From Candidatus Woesearchaeota archaeon (GTDB taxonomy: Archaea; Nanobdellota; Nanobdellia; Woesearchaeales; GW2011-AR4): a stretch of 64,000 nt of DNA. Positions 36,511 to 47,190 of the stretch are shown here, piece by piece; within the stretch, counting starts at the first letter, position 1; each line of letters starts with the position of its first letter. Position numbers and translations under genes: made by a program. The stretch covers positions 30,131 to 94,130 of the forward strand of contig JACOUX010000006.1 in NCBI GenBank assembly GCA_016177615.1, read 5' to 3'. The notes beneath the pieces were generated by a model. That model did not search any database, was not told the origin of the DNA, and saw only the letters and a program-made list of their open reading frames with translations.

Positions 36511-39500
36511 ATGACAGACGATAAATTGCCGTTTAAGGTGGTGGATAAAAGAAGAAGAGAGCCAGAGGAAGGTGGCAAGCAGTTGTTTAAGGTTACAGAT
36601 AGGAGAAGTCTAGAGGCACAGAATGCGGCAGCAGAAATGCAAAGAAGAGCAACAACAACTGCTCCGAAGAATGATAATCCGCCTTTCAAAGTTATAGACA
36701 GGAGAAACGAAGAAAGCCAGAGAATAGCTGAAGAAATGCGAAGGGAAAGGGAGCAACAGGCTGCCCAAGCCAAAAGCGCGGCAAGCGAAGCTGCCAGAGG
36801 AAGGCGAATGAATTTAAGGGCTTCTTGGCAGGCTATGAGAAATAACATGCTAATAGCAAAACAGAACCGTGCTTCTGAAAAGCAAGCTGCCAAGAAACAA
36901 GCCCAAAAGACTCCTGAGCAGGAGCCAGAAGATCAGGGACAGGCTAAAGGCAGGGGAAGCGGACTAATAAATCCCATTCAAATCAATATGCCAGGGGGTG
37001 GTTTGCTGAAGTTTCTTTTGAGAATATTAATATTTTTTGCATTGGTGGTAGCCTTTGTGATTTTTTTTGGCCAAGGAATAACGATCAATACATCATTTAT
37101 AATAAAATCAGTTATTGCATTGATGTTTTTTGGGTTTGTCCTTGCAGGTTTATTTCTCAATAAAGAGGGGGATATCGCTCCTTTTTTTATTTCTGTTGCC
37201 TTGATTATTACATTCATAGACATGTTGCCAGAGTTTTTTTCTGGATATGGAAGCTATTACACCGGATTTGCATTTGATTCACAGGGCCTTTTAAACACAA
37301 ACTGGTCGGCAGTTATTGCTTCAAGCCTTGTCTTTTTGCTTTTGCTCTTGGGGATGTTTAAAACTATCCTAAAAAGAAGCATAGTGGGTTTTCTTATCAT
37401 AGCCTCACTTATACTTATAATCTTCAATAAATACATGAATTATTACACAACAACAATCAGCAAACCTTACCTAAACTACTACATTGCTGGAATAGTGGTT
37501 GCTTTTTTAGTCATATACTTGCTGATTAAGCATAAGATTGAGGGCTCCGAGCTTGAAGAAAAAATAACTTACGTCTTCATGGCTTTGGTTTTTTCCTTCT
37601 TTTGGGTCAATATTGGATGGAAAGATGATACAAAGGCATTAATCCATATGATCTACATTTTGATTTATGGTTTTGTTTATATAAGGTCATATGCGGAAAG
37701 CCCTAGCGAATGGCATATACTAATCCCCGTTTTTATTATACTTGATTTCTTTGGTTATGGCATTATCTATAATTATGTTTACACAGCCGGCAATCTTGAT
37801 AAAGTTCTGCATATTCCGATCTTGCTTTTCCTGGTAAACCTCTATTGCCTAAAAAGGTCAAAGAGCCCATATCCTACATTTGTTATGATGTTTATAGCAG
37901 TTATTATCTTATTTTCAGGCGTTAATCTAATTGTATTCGCAGCCGGCGAAGGTTCATATACCTTTCAAAAGCAGGCTATTCAGGGTGTAGAGGGATTTTG
38001 GGAAAGGATTGCTGGAGGCATAGAAAGATTCACCCAGCAGGGGCTTGATTATGCAACAGGAGGATATTACAGCAGCACTGTTGAGCAGAACCAGTATGAA
38101 AGCCTTGGGGTTTACTTTTCAAATGTAAGGGGCGCAGACCCAAAATTCTACACAGACCAGCCAGTAACAATCTGGGGAACCATCAAAAGCAAGACGTATA
38201 AGGATCCTGTCTTGGTAAGCTTCAACTGCCAACTGGAGGGGCCCCAGAAGCAGACACCCATTGATCCAACCAGCCACTATCCTAACCAAGAGTTTCCTGT
38301 ATTTACATTTGACCAGATTGATACAGAATGCACATTTGACCCAAAAATCACAGGAGAGCTGCCTGCAGGCGCCAACAAGGCAAAATTAAGCGCAGATTAC
38401 AATTTCGGCACAGACGCTTATATCAAAACATATTTTATTGACAGAAGCAGGCTGATAGCAAGCAGCAGGGAAGACATAGATATATTGGCTCAATATGGAA
38501 TTCAGGATAATGACCCTATTGCAGTTTTTACAAACGGGCCTGTGGCAATCGGCATAGAAAGAGTTCCTTTGGTTCCTGTAGGCGCAACTGATTATCCAGT
38601 CAAGCCAGCCATAGGAATTAGCCTGAGCAATAGAGGACAAATTACAGATAAAAATGAGAACGTCTATTCAAGATGGGAAGGAAGAATAAACAAAGTGACA
38701 GAGCTTGTTTTATTGACTCCGCCGGGAGTAACTCTTGCGAAAGATGCTAACAATAATTATATATGCAGCACGCCTTTTAAGGATTACACAGCATTAAATT
38801 GTATCGCCTCTTGTAAAGACAATGTTGGTGATCCATGCAAGTATTTATGCTCCAAGATTTACACTTTCAATGCACTTACAGACTGTACTACAGAGTGCAC
38901 CAATAGCCTTATGAACTGTGAAGGCGAATGTGGAAGTATTTTCACAGGCGACGGCCTGCAGGGAAAATATAATGGATACCAGGCAGACATAGAGTTTCTT
39001 AATAAAAACAAACTGAACGAAAATATAGAAAAGAGCCTAAGGGTGCAATGCCGCTATAACGCAGATGAAAGCGTTCTGGACAAGACACCCATAACAACAA
39101 GGTATTTCAGGGTAAGGGCAAGATACAATTATTATCTTGAGAACAAGTTTAATGTCCCAATTGAAAAGAGGATAGAGGAAAGCTTATTGCCGCAGCCGGC
39201 TCCGGCAGAAACTTCCACGCCAGGATTCAGAACAGACTTACCCGAAGGTGTTTATAAAAATGCTTATTTTACAGCCGGGCAAAGAGAAGCAGATTATAGT
39301 GGTATTGTGTTTGAAGTTGCTAAGCAATATAATGTAGATTATCTTTTTGTAAAAGCAATAATACAACAAGAAAGTAGTTGGAATCCAAACGCAGTTGGAG
39401 ATGGAGGGAATTCATTTGGCCTTATGCAAGTTTCTAGAACCAACGCGCAGAAATTAGGATGCGGAGCCAATTTTGAAACTGACCCAAGAGCAAATATAGA

Positions 39501-39768
39501 ATGTGGCATAAAGTTAATAAGAGAATTAATGGATGTCCAACAAAAAAATAGCTGGAAACCCGGGTTAAGGAACATTGCTGGAGGCTACAACTGTGGTGAG
39601 CAGGCCATGAGGTACATCACTAGTCCAACCGGACAAATATCATATTGGGAAGGCCAAGGTAATTGTCCACACCGCGATCAAAAGGGGAACATCGTTTCCT
39701 ATACAAGAAATTATGTAGACATCATATGGAATAATTATCAAACCTTAAAAAACAAAATCCCGCAGTAG
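36511..39768 (+). CDS. Polytopic membrane protein + extracellular beta/Cys-rich domain + C-terminal SLT lytic transglycosylase domain
   Basis: About 11 hydrophobic segments. C-terminus has VKAIIQQESSWNPNAV..SFGLMQV..DPRANIECG..GYNCG..TRNYV (SLT motifs I-III, catalytic Glu present). Confidence 0.8.
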   Translation: MTDDKLPFKVVDKRRREPEEGGKQLFKVTDRRSLEAQNAAAEMQRRATTTAPKNDNPPFKVIDRRNEESQRIAEEMRREREQQAAQAKSAASEAARGRRMNLRASWQAMRNNMLIAKQNRASEKQAAKKQAQKTPEQEPEDQGQAKGRGSGLINPIQINMPGGGLLKFLLRILIFFALVVAFVIFFGQGITINTSFIIKSVIALMFFGFVLAGLFLNKEGDIAPFFISVALIITFIDMLPEFFSGYGSYYTGFAFDSQGLLNTNWSAVIASSLVFLLLLLGMFKTILKRSIVGFLIIASLILIIFNKYMNYYTTTISKPYLNYYIAGIVVAFLVIYLLIKHKIEGSELEEKITYVFMALVFSFFWVNIGWKDDTKALIHMIYILIYGFVYIRSYAESPSEWHILIPVFIILDFFGYGIIYNYVYTAGNLDKVLHIPILLFLVNLYCLKRSKSPYPTFVMMFIAVIILFSGVNLIVFAAGEGSYTFQKQAIQGVEGFWERIAGGIERFTQQGLDYATGGYYSSTVEQNQYESLGVYFSNVRGADPKFYTDQPVTIWGTIKSKTYKDPVLVSFNCQLEGPQKQTPIDPTSHYPNQEFPVFTFDQIDTECTFDPKITGELPAGANKAKLSADYNFGTDAYIKTYFIDRSRLIASSREDIDILAQYGIQDNDPIAVFTNGPVAIGIERVPLVPVGATDYPVKPAIGISLSNRGQITDKNENVYSRWEGRINKVTELVLLTPPGVTLAKDANNNYICSTPFKDYTALNCIASCKDNVGDPCKYLCSKIYTFNALTDCTTECTNSLMNCEGECGSIFTGDGLQGKYNGYQADIEFLNKNKLNENIEKSLRVQCRYNADESVLDKTPITTRYFRVRARYNYYLENKFNVPIEKRIEESLLPQPAPAETSTPGFRTDLPEGVYKNAYFTAGQREADYSGIVFEVAKQYNVDYLFVKAIIQQESSWNPNAVGDGGNSFGLMQVSRTNAQKLGCGANFETDPRANIECGIKLIRELMDVQQKNSWKPGLRNIAGGYNCGEQAMRYITSPTGQISYWEGQGNCPHRDQKGNIVSYTRNYVDIIWNNYQTLKNKIPQ

Positions 39769-39777
39769 GCAGGAGCC

Positions 39778-40824
39778 ATGAAAAATATGGAACAAAGGTT
39801 TTTAGCATCGATCACATGTTTATTAATATTCCTCTCAGCCTGCACTCTAACCTCATCCGGCGCATCAGAGCAAAATTTCCGCACAGGAAATACCGGCCTT
39901 GCTTTGGAATTATTGAAAAACACCCCTCCTCCAAGGATGTTTGAAGGCGACACATTTCCTGTTGTTATAAGGGTGGCAAACACAGGAGCCTTTGATATTC
40001 CTCCGGAAGGGGCAGTCCTGTCGCTTGGAGTGGAAAAGGACTATACAAAGGAAGTCAGCCTTTTGTACAAACAAGATCATCTTACGCCGGATACTGCAAA
40101 TGATTTTTCAGGATTTTTTGGAATAAAAGGAAAGAGCATGTTGAGCCCAAGAGGGGAAGAAGAAGTCTTTAGCTATAATGTGATAGCAGGAAAACTGGAT
40201 CCCCAAAGCGAGCAGCACATCTCAACAATCACAGCATCTGTATGCTATCCTTATGAGACAATTCTTGACACGACAATATGCATAGACACAGACGTCAATA
40301 GCCTAAGGCCCGGTAAAAAGGTATGCAGCAACCAGGACATTATATTCGGGAATGGCCAGGGAGCGCCTGTTGCAATAACAAAGATAGAGCCAAAAATGCT
40401 TCCGATACAGGCATTCGGCAATGTAGAGTCTTCTGACAAGATAAAGCCGCAGTTCCTGATTTATGTCGAGGATTTTGGAGGAGGAGTTGTGATAAAAAAG
40501 GAATCACTTAAAAAATCATGCATAGGGGAACAGGACAGACCATTTGACCATAATGATTTTGGAATAGTATATGTTAAGGTAGAACTTTCAGGAAAAGAGC
40601 TCCACTGCCAGCTGGAAAAGAAGGAGCGCGACCCCGGGCCTGGGCACATCAAGCTTCAGGACAAGAAAGACATAATAAGATGCAATACAGAGAATAATAA
40701 AGAATACTTGACTGTCATAGACAGGAGCCAGGATTCCTATTTTGCCCCGCTAAGAATCACATTGGAATACGGATACACTAAATCCATATCCGCAAGCTAC
40801 ACAATACAAAAGCCAGTCAGCTGA
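39778..40824 (+). CDS. Putative lipoprotein (paralog 1)
   Basis: Lipobox LSAC; G.TG...F..N.PP, CY.Y.T...CID, GAP, and (L/I).Y.Y motifs shared with its neighbours. Confidence 0.7.
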   Translation: MKNMEQRFLASITCLLIFLSACTLTSSGASEQNFRTGNTGLALELLKNTPPPRMFEGDTFPVVIRVANTGAFDIPPEGAVLSLGVEKDYTKEVSLLYKQDHLTPDTANDFSGFFGIKGKSMLSPRGEEEVFSYNVIAGKLDPQSEQHISTITASVCYPYETILDTTICIDTDVNSLRPGKKVCSNQDIIFGNGQGAPVAITKIEPKMLPIQAFGNVESSDKIKPQFLIYVEDFGGGVVIKKESLKKSCIGEQDRPFDHNDFGIVYVKVELSGKELHCQLEKKERDPGPGHIKLQDKKDIIRCNTENNKEYLTVIDRSQDSYFAPLRITLEYGYTKSISASYTIQKPVS

Positions 40825-40890
40825 GTTATTCACTAAACCTTTAATCCTTATCAAAAGTTTTAAATATCATATCCCCAATTTTGCATAATT

Positions 40891-41970
40891 ATGGCTAAGC
40901 CGCATAAATTCTTGATAGCTGGGTTTTTATTATTTTTATTGTTGTTTATTTCATATGGCTGCGGCAGCAAGTCCAGCGGGAAAAAATCCCTTGAAGAAAT
41001 AAGGTCAGGCACAACTGGAGTAAATTTGGCTTTCCTTCCGAATAACCCCCCGTCAACAATACATGCAGAGCAGGCTTCAAACACATTTGATGTTGCCATT
41101 GAAGTGCAGAATACCGGCGCATTTCCGCAGCCTGAAGATCTAATGGATAAGAAGCTCGAAGGCAGGATTTATTTAAGCGGCTTTGATACAAGCATAATCA
41201 GCTTTAATACAATTGATCTGAAAGGGCAGTCTTCACAGAAATTTTATGCTTTTGAGAATCATGAGCCAGAACTGCACGGCAAAAGCAACATCAATCCAAA
41301 CGGAGGCTCTGATATTGCCTCATTCAAGGGAACCATAGACATGGGCAAGCTAAATGTAGAGAGTTATGAGCCGTCAATTTTGGCAACAGCATGCTATAAA
41401 TACTACACAATAGCAGGCCCTTCTGTATGCATTGATCCTGACCCTTATTCCACAATGAAGCAAAAAAAAGTTTGCGAAATCCGAAGCACGACTTTGACAG
41501 GCCAGGGAGCACCAATATCAGTAATACAAGTCGATGAAGACGCCACTGCAGACAAAACACAGTTCAAGATAACCATTAGAAATGCAGGCAATGGCGATGT
41601 TTTCTGGCCCGGCCAAAAAGGTGAAGAAGAGCCGCAAACATCAAACGCCATTGGAAAGTGCAACCCATCTGCCGACAATAAGAACAAGGTTGGAAGAGAT
41701 GATATTGGCAGGGTGCATCTTGACAAGGCCATTATAGGAGACTTGCAATTGGTATGCTGGCCTTTTGCACAGGAGAATGTAAGGTCAGAGAACGGAGGCA
41801 TAATAAGGCTTCTTGAAGGCGAAGGCTCAATATTCTGCGAGCTTAAAAAGGATAAATACAAGGGAGGAAACACAGCTTATACCACTCCATTAAGGATTGA
41901 GCTAAGCTACTTTTACAGGACATCCGCAGAGCGAAAGGTGCTGATAAAGAAAGAAATGCCAAGCCCATAA
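40891..41970 (+). CDS. Putative lipoprotein (paralog 2)
   Basis: SYGC lipobox-like; GTTGVNLAFLPNNPP, ACYKYYT..VCIDPD, QGAPISV. Confidence 0.7.
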   Translation: MAKPHKFLIAGFLLFLLLFISYGCGSKSSGKKSLEEIRSGTTGVNLAFLPNNPPSTIHAEQASNTFDVAIEVQNTGAFPQPEDLMDKKLEGRIYLSGFDTSIISFNTIDLKGQSSQKFYAFENHEPELHGKSNINPNGGSDIASFKGTIDMGKLNVESYEPSILATACYKYYTIAGPSVCIDPDPYSTMKQKKVCEIRSTTLTGQGAPISVIQVDEDATADKTQFKITIRNAGNGDVFWPGQKGEEEPQTSNAIGKCNPSADNKNKVGRDDIGRVHLDKAIIGDLQLVCWPFAQENVRSENGGIIRLLEGEGSIFCELKKDKYKGGNTAYTTPLRIELSYFYRTSAERKVLIKKEMPSP

Positions 41971-42046
41971 AACAAAAACAGAAAACTTTATATAATCGAA
42001 AAAAAATTTCAATTTGATTGAAATTTTTTATAATTAAAGAGGCAAA

Positions 42047-43078
42047 ATGAATAAGAGGTTTTATGCGATTGCATTGCTTGTAATTCTTGTTCTTCTAATG
42101 GCCGCATGCAAGAAAAGCGGAGCATCAACTGGTAGCGCCCCAAGGACGCCGTTTATAGGCGGAACAGCAGGGGTGACAATCAACTTTGAAAAGGATTCAC
42201 CGCCTCCGGAAGTGACAGATGACGAGTCTTTCGCATTTAACGCGATTGTAAGGCTTAAAAATGACGGGGAGCACACTGTAAACAAAAATGACATGAGAAT
42301 AAACATGGTCGGCTTTGACCCAGCTGATTTTGGCAAGGACTTTATTGACATGAAGGATGTGCAGCCTCAGGACGATTTGCTGGCCAAAAGAAGAGACTCT
42401 GAAGGCAACCTGATAGAGGGAACAACCACCTTCGCAACATTTCCAAGAAGCGGAGACTCATTTATCCCAAAAAAATTCAGCGGCAACCTTGAGTTCACAT
42501 TCAGGGCAGACACATGCTATAACTACATGACCGAGGCTAACACAAAGCTATGTATTTTAAGGGACATGATTAATATCAGGGATGACAGCATCTGCAGGCC
42601 AAGCGGAACAGGCACCTCAGGCAGGCCAATATACAGCTCGTCAGGTCCTGTGCAAATCACAAATTTCAGGCAAAGCGTGATAGGAAGAGACAAAATATCT
42701 TTCAGCTTTGACATTGTGTTAAGCGGCAATGTGGACATTTTCTGGAGCAGGGACAAAAGAACGCCGTCAAGCGGGTTTGATGCAGCATGCCCAAGAGACC
42801 CAAGGCTTAGAAGGGAAATCGAAAATAATGTGGGAATAGAAATCACAGAAATAGCAGGAGACCCAATAATAACCGATTTAAGGTGCGGCGGCCTTGAAAG
42901 CGACTCAGTCGGAACAGTCAAGCTGGTCAACGGCAAGAGAACCATAACCTGCACAGCTGATTTGCTGCAGGACAGGCTTGACTTGGAAAAGGCAGTCGGC
43001 ATATTGTTAACCTATAATGTCTTGGACAATAAAGAAACAAAAGTTCTGATAAAGCACTTGGCTTCTACAAACCCGTAA
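42047..43078 (+). CDS. Putative lipoprotein (paralog 3)
   Basis: MAAC lipobox; GTAGVTINFEKDSPP, TCYNYMT, SGPVQI. Confidence 0.7.
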   Translation: MNKRFYAIALLVILVLLMAACKKSGASTGSAPRTPFIGGTAGVTINFEKDSPPPEVTDDESFAFNAIVRLKNDGEHTVNKNDMRINMVGFDPADFGKDFIDMKDVQPQDDLLAKRRDSEGNLIEGTTTFATFPRSGDSFIPKKFSGNLEFTFRADTCYNYMTEANTKLCILRDMINIRDDSICRPSGTGTSGRPIYSSSGPVQITNFRQSVIGRDKISFSFDIVLSGNVDIFWSRDKRTPSSGFDAACPRDPRLRREIENNVGIEITEIAGDPIITDLRCGGLESDSVGTVKLVNGKRTITCTADLLQDRLDLEKAVGILLTYNVLDNKETKVLIKHLASTNP

Positions 43079-43096
43079 TTTGATAGCGCTCTGATA

Positions 43097-44059
43097 TTAC
43101 CTGCTTCCAGCCAAGGCAAACTGGCTTAATAATGCCTCAAGCTGCACAAATTCATCAGAGCCTTCTGTCATCCTGAATTCTGTTTCTCCGCATTTCTCGA
43201 TAAGGCTCATCTTGGACTTATTGTCAAGGTTTAGCTCCAGAATTTCTTTTTGAATCTGCTTTATTATGTCAATGCCTGCCAATCCGTAGTTAAGCATAAG
43301 TTCAAGCAGCTTTGTCCTTGCTTCAATGAACCTGTTGCCCATTGCCAATTCCAAAACTTCCCTTATCTCTTTCGGCTTTGCCATAGAAGCCATAGAATGG
43401 ATTAAATCTTCTGTCAGATGGTCTGCAATCGCTGAAGAGCTTTGCAGTATGTTTTCCAGCCTCCTGCAGTCTCCCTCTGAGATTTCGTACAGTGCCTCTT
43501 TTGCCTTCTCGTCTATCTTTATTTTTTCATCTTCAGCGATTTTATCTATAATGGAAAAAATATCCTTTTTGTCCAACGGCTTGAACCTGAAGACAACGCA
43601 CCTGCTTTGGATCGGGTCGATAATTTTTGAGGAATAATTCGCCGAAAGGACAAACCTGGTTGTCTGGGCGAAATTTTCCATGGTCCTTCTTAGCGCTTGC
43701 TGGGCTTCTCTTGTTAATGCATCAGCCTCGTCTAAAAAAATAATTTTGAAGGGAACATTTCCTATTGATTTTGTCCTTGCAAAATCCTTTACATTAGTCC
43801 GTATAGTATCTATACCACGCGTATCGCTAGCATTTAACTCGAGAAAATTTTGTCGCCATTGAGATTCAAACAATTTCTTTGCGATTACTATGGCTAATGT
43901 TGATTTTCCAACCCCTGCAGGCCCTGCAAACAGCAAATGCGGCAGGTTTTTCTGCTCGACAAATGCCTTCACTCTTTGCACTATCTCTTTCTGGCCCTTT
44001 ATATCAGAGAAGTCGCTGGGCCTATACTTCTCAGTCCAGAGAGCACTTTCAGGGTTCAT
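43097..44059 (-). CDS. rfcS: Replication factor C small subunit
   Basis: WTEKYRP, GPAGVGKS, LELNASD, DEAD, QSRC. Confidence 0.95.
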   Translation of the reverse strand: MNPESALWTEKYRPSDFSDIKGQKEIVQRVKAFVEQKNLPHLLFAGPAGVGKSTLAIVIAKKLFESQWRQNFLELNASDTRGIDTIRTNVKDFARTKSIGNVPFKIIFLDEADALTREAQQALRRTMENFAQTTRFVLSANYSSKIIDPIQSRCVVFRFKPLDKKDIFSIIDKIAEDEKIKIDEKAKEALYEISEGDCRRLENILQSSSAIADHLTEDLIHSMASMAKPKEIREVLELAMGNRFIEARTKLLELMLNYGLAGIDIIKQIQKEILELNLDNKSKMSLIEKCGETEFRMTEGSDEFVQLEALLSQFALAGSR

Positions 44060-44108
44060 TAAAATCAAGGACGAGTAATCAAAGAACGTTTAAAAATGTA
44101 TTTGAAGA

Positions 44109-44372
44109 TTAAACAATATCCTCTTCAGCCACAACAACAAAGTCTCCAGTTGCTATGACTGCGCTGAAAGGTATAAGTATATGGCTTTCCTTGTCTTTCT
44201 CCAGCTCAAGCTTTTCAGTATATGATGTAGGGTTATGGAGCACTACATGAACAAGCTCCCCTGTTCTTGTCTCAAAAATAAGATCTCCAACCTCTCCGAA
44301 CCTCTTGCCCGTCTTGCTTACAACAGTCTTTCCAATCAATTGCTTTGAGAATTTCTTGTCTTCTTCAGGCAT
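44109..44372 (-). CDS. Single PRC-barrel protein (possible CdpB-type cell-division protein)
   Basis: LIGKTVVSKTGKRFGEVGDLIFE...IPFSAVIATGDFVVV. Confidence 0.75.
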   Translation of the reverse strand: MPEEDKKFSKQLIGKTVVSKTGKRFGEVGDLIFETRTGELVHVVLHNPTSYTEKLELEKDKESHILIPFSAVIATGDFVVVAEEDIV

Positions 44373-44408
44373 TTTCTTCCCTCTTGAGTTAATACTAAAG
44401 TTTAGACA

Positions 44409-45299
44409 TCAAGTTATATTTAAATGTTTTTGTTTTATGGGCGTTTCGCTGCGGTTTGCCCTTATTTTCAGTAGATTCTCCATTTCTCCCTTACTATAGC
44501 ATTTTTCCCTTAATCCACACTTCCTGCACTTGTTTTTGTTATTGCAAAAATCAGGCAGTTCTTTGCTCTCCAACAAATCAATTACCTCATTAACCAGTTG
44601 TATTACTTCCTCTTTCATATAGGGATTTATGGCTATGTGCCTTTTTTCCTTTGTATCAAGATAAACCACGAATCCTTCCTTTATATCTTTGTTAAATCTC
44701 TCCTGAAGAAGCATTGAATAAGCAGCTATCTGTACCCTGTGGGATGGCCAGATGCCATCAAAAGGCATTTTGCCTGTTTTCAGCTCAAATGGCACGTAAT
44801 CGTTGTCATAAACATGCACTTGGTCAATTATTCCCTTTAATCTAAGCTCATCAGATTCCACCCTTAATTCCGAGATTATTTTTGGAGTCAGCCTTTCCCA
44901 CAGCACCTCACCGAAAACATTGTTTTGCTCGATGAAATTGAATATGTTAAGGGCTCTTGTAGAGGACTCCTCCAAAATGAAAGGAAATGATTTTTTGTAT
45001 GCATCAAGCATGTTTATATTAACTTCTTTCAATCTTAGCTTGTTGTTGACTATGACCTTTCGTAAGATTTTAAGATATTCTTTCTTATAGAGCTCTTGTA
45101 CCTCCCCCAAAGGAATCTTTTTCTCAATTGAGGAAACAATCAGCTCTTCTTTTTTGTTTATATAATCATAGGCCTCGTGCCTTATGGTGCCCATTACAAG
45201 GCTTTCTTTTGGAGGCTCTTCAAGCTTCAAAACCTTCTCAAGAAAGAGCTTTCTGGAGCAGTAAAGATAGCTTGAAAGAAGGGTAACAGAGATTTTCAT
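44409..45299 (-). CDS. Solo Cas4-like Fe-S PD-(D/E)xK exonuclease
   Basis: YLYCSRK, GIID..FELKTG, QIAAY, KCRKCGLREKC. No CRISPR array or cas1 nearby. Confidence 0.85.
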   Translation of the reverse strand: MKISVTLLSSYLYCSRKLFLEKVLKLEEPPKESLVMGTIRHEAYDYINKKEELIVSSIEKKIPLGEVQELYKKEYLKILRKVIVNNKLRLKEVNINMLDAYKKSFPFILEESSTRALNIFNFIEQNNVFGEVLWERLTPKIISELRVESDELRLKGIIDQVHVYDNDYVPFELKTGKMPFDGIWPSHRVQIAAYSMLLQERFNKDIKEGFVVYLDTKEKRHIAINPYMKEEVIQLVNEVIDLLESKELPDFCNNKNKCRKCGLREKCYSKGEMENLLKIRANRSETPIKQKHLNIT

Positions 45300-45321
45300 C
45301 TTGTTTTCATGGCAGAATTGC

Positions 45322-45351
45322 TTTAAATATTTTACGTGGGCATGTCCAGTG
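45322..45351 (-). promoter_or_regulatory. CACTGGACAT motif + TATA, promoter of the Cas4-like gene
   Basis: Minus strand reads CACTGGACATGCCCACGTAAAATATTTAAA. Confidence 0.75.
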
Positions 45352-45401
45352 GTCTGCGTACATAGAAAACTATTTTAATGACCTTTTAAATAACATAATT
45401 T

Positions 45402-45662
45402 ATGAAAGAAGGAGCATATATAGGTGCTTTTGCAGCTTTTCTGGTCTATCTAATGCTGCCTATCTATGGCGAAAACGGAGAGCCAGCCACTATTATGCCA
45501 ACAGGCCATGCAATATCGAGCCCTGCTGCTTTTAATGGTTATGTATCCAATCTCCCTTTCAGCATGATAGTGTTCTTTGGTTTAGAGGTGTTGGGCATAT
45601 CTGCAGGAATAGCCTCTCAGATGGCTTTGAGGAAATACGGCAATACGAATAACAATCAATGA
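45402..45662 (+). CDS. Small two-TM membrane protein
   Basis: Two hydrophobic segments. Confidence 0.55.
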   Translation: MKEGAYIGAFAAFLVYLMLPIYGENGEPATIMPTGHAISSPAAFNGYVSNLPFSMIVFFGLEVLGISAGIASQMALRKYGNTNNNQ

Positions 45663-45729
45663 AAAAATTATTTTTTTTCTTTCCAAATCCAACAACCTTT
45701 AAATACAAATAATAAAACTTGTTCTTGAT

Positions 45730-46803
45730 ATGGACTTTGAGGCAAGATTAGAGCTTGTAAAGCAGGTTGGAGAGGAAATTCTTACAGAAGAGGAGCTTAA
45801 GCATCTTCTGCAGACAGAAGATCATCCAGTTGCCTATGACGGATTTGAGCCTTCAGGCACCGATATACATATTGCTCAGGGAATTCTAAGATCCATAAAC
45901 ATCAACAAGATGGTCAAGGCTGGTATCAAGTTCAAGATGCTTGTTGCAGACTGGCATGCGTGGGCAAACAACAAGATGTCCGGCGATTTGGAAAAGATAC
46001 AATCAGTCGGCAAATATATGATTGAGGTATGGAAGCATTGCGGAATGGACTTAAAAAACGTGGAATTCATATGGGCCAATGATTTTGTCAAAGAGCCAGA
46101 GTACTGGAAGAAGGTTATGCAGGTTGCAAGGCATTCCACTGTTAACAGGATAGTCAGGACAGGCCAGATAATGGGCAGGAAAGAGGCAGAAGTCCAGCAG
46201 GCTTCGCAGATTCTTTATCCTTGCATGCAGTGCGCTGACATCTTCCAGCTTAAAGCTGATATAACCCAGCTAGGAATGGACCAGAGAAAAGTCAATGTTT
46301 TGGCTAGGGAGCTGGGCCCCTCATTGGGCTTCTGGAAGCCTGTTGTAGTTTCTCATCATATGCTTATGGGCCTTGGAGAGCCTCCAAAGACAAAAGACAT
46401 TGACAGGGTTATTGACTTGAAAATGTCAAAATCAAAGCCGGACACGGCAATCTTTATGAATGATTCTGAAGAAGAGATTAAAAGAAAAATATCTAAGGCT
46501 TACTGCCCTGTTAAAGTTATTGAGGAAAATCCAATTTTGGAATACTGCAAATACCTGGTCTTTGAAAAATTCAATGCCATGGAATTCAAACGGCCTGAAA
46601 AGTTTGGCGGAGACTTAGTTGTGGGAAATTATAAAGAATTGGAAAAGCTGTACTCAGAAGGAAAAATACACCCGATGGATTTGAAAAATGCAGCGGTTTT
46701 TTACATCAACGAGATGGTGAATCCTGTAAGAGGGGCATTTGAAAAAGATAGTAAACTGAAAAAATTGCTGCATACCATAAGAGAGTATGAAGTAACTAGA
46801 TAA
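45730..46803 (+). CDS. tyrS: Tyrosyl-tRNA synthetase
   Basis: YDGFEPSG, HIAQ, YPCMQCAD, GMDQRK, KMSKS. Confidence 0.95.
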   Translation: MDFEARLELVKQVGEEILTEEELKHLLQTEDHPVAYDGFEPSGTDIHIAQGILRSININKMVKAGIKFKMLVADWHAWANNKMSGDLEKIQSVGKYMIEVWKHCGMDLKNVEFIWANDFVKEPEYWKKVMQVARHSTVNRIVRTGQIMGRKEAEVQQASQILYPCMQCADIFQLKADITQLGMDQRKVNVLARELGPSLGFWKPVVVSHHMLMGLGEPPKTKDIDRVIDLKMSKSKPDTAIFMNDSEEEIKRKISKAYCPVKVIEENPILEYCKYLVFEKFNAMEFKRPEKFGGDLVVGNYKELEKLYSEGKIHPMDLKNAAVFYINEMVNPVRGAFEKDSKLKKLLHTIREYEVTR

Positions 46804-46841
46804 TCTTGTCACAAAATAGAATTAAAGATATCAAATGATTT

Positions 46842-47108
46842 TTAATGAACCGATATATCCGCTAGTTTTTTCCGTTCTGGTGGTTTATTAGAAAATACAA
46901 CATAAAGACTGTAACCGGTACTTTCGCTTCCTTCAATAACCGCTATTCCAGGTATAGGCGATATTAATCTTGCTATTAAATGGTTTAGAGATTTATATTG
47001 TCCTTCAACAAGTCCGTAATACGTTCTATCCAGCCCCGTACTCGAGTCAAACCTAGCTTCTAAAGGTGCTCCTTCTGGAATATCTAACGCTTCGTTATGC
47101 ACAATCAT
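46842..47108 (-). CDS. Hypothetical protein
   Basis: 88-aa ORF with a TATA-like box upstream. Confidence 0.5.
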   Translation of the reverse strand: MIVHNEALDIPEGAPLEARFDSSTGLDRTYYGLVEGQYKSLNHLIARLISPIPGIAVIEGSESTGYSLYVVFSNKPPERKKLADISVH

Positions 47109-47190
47109 TTTATAAGATATTTTTAATATGTATTTAAATCTATCTTAAGCCCTTCTGGAAACTATAAAGAAGTTTGAAGTGACTAGGTAG

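Noticed and set aside
44409-45299. Cas4 as evidence for CRISPR-Cas
   Set aside because: No repeat-spacer array or other cas genes seen; solo Cas4-like nucleases are common in archaea.
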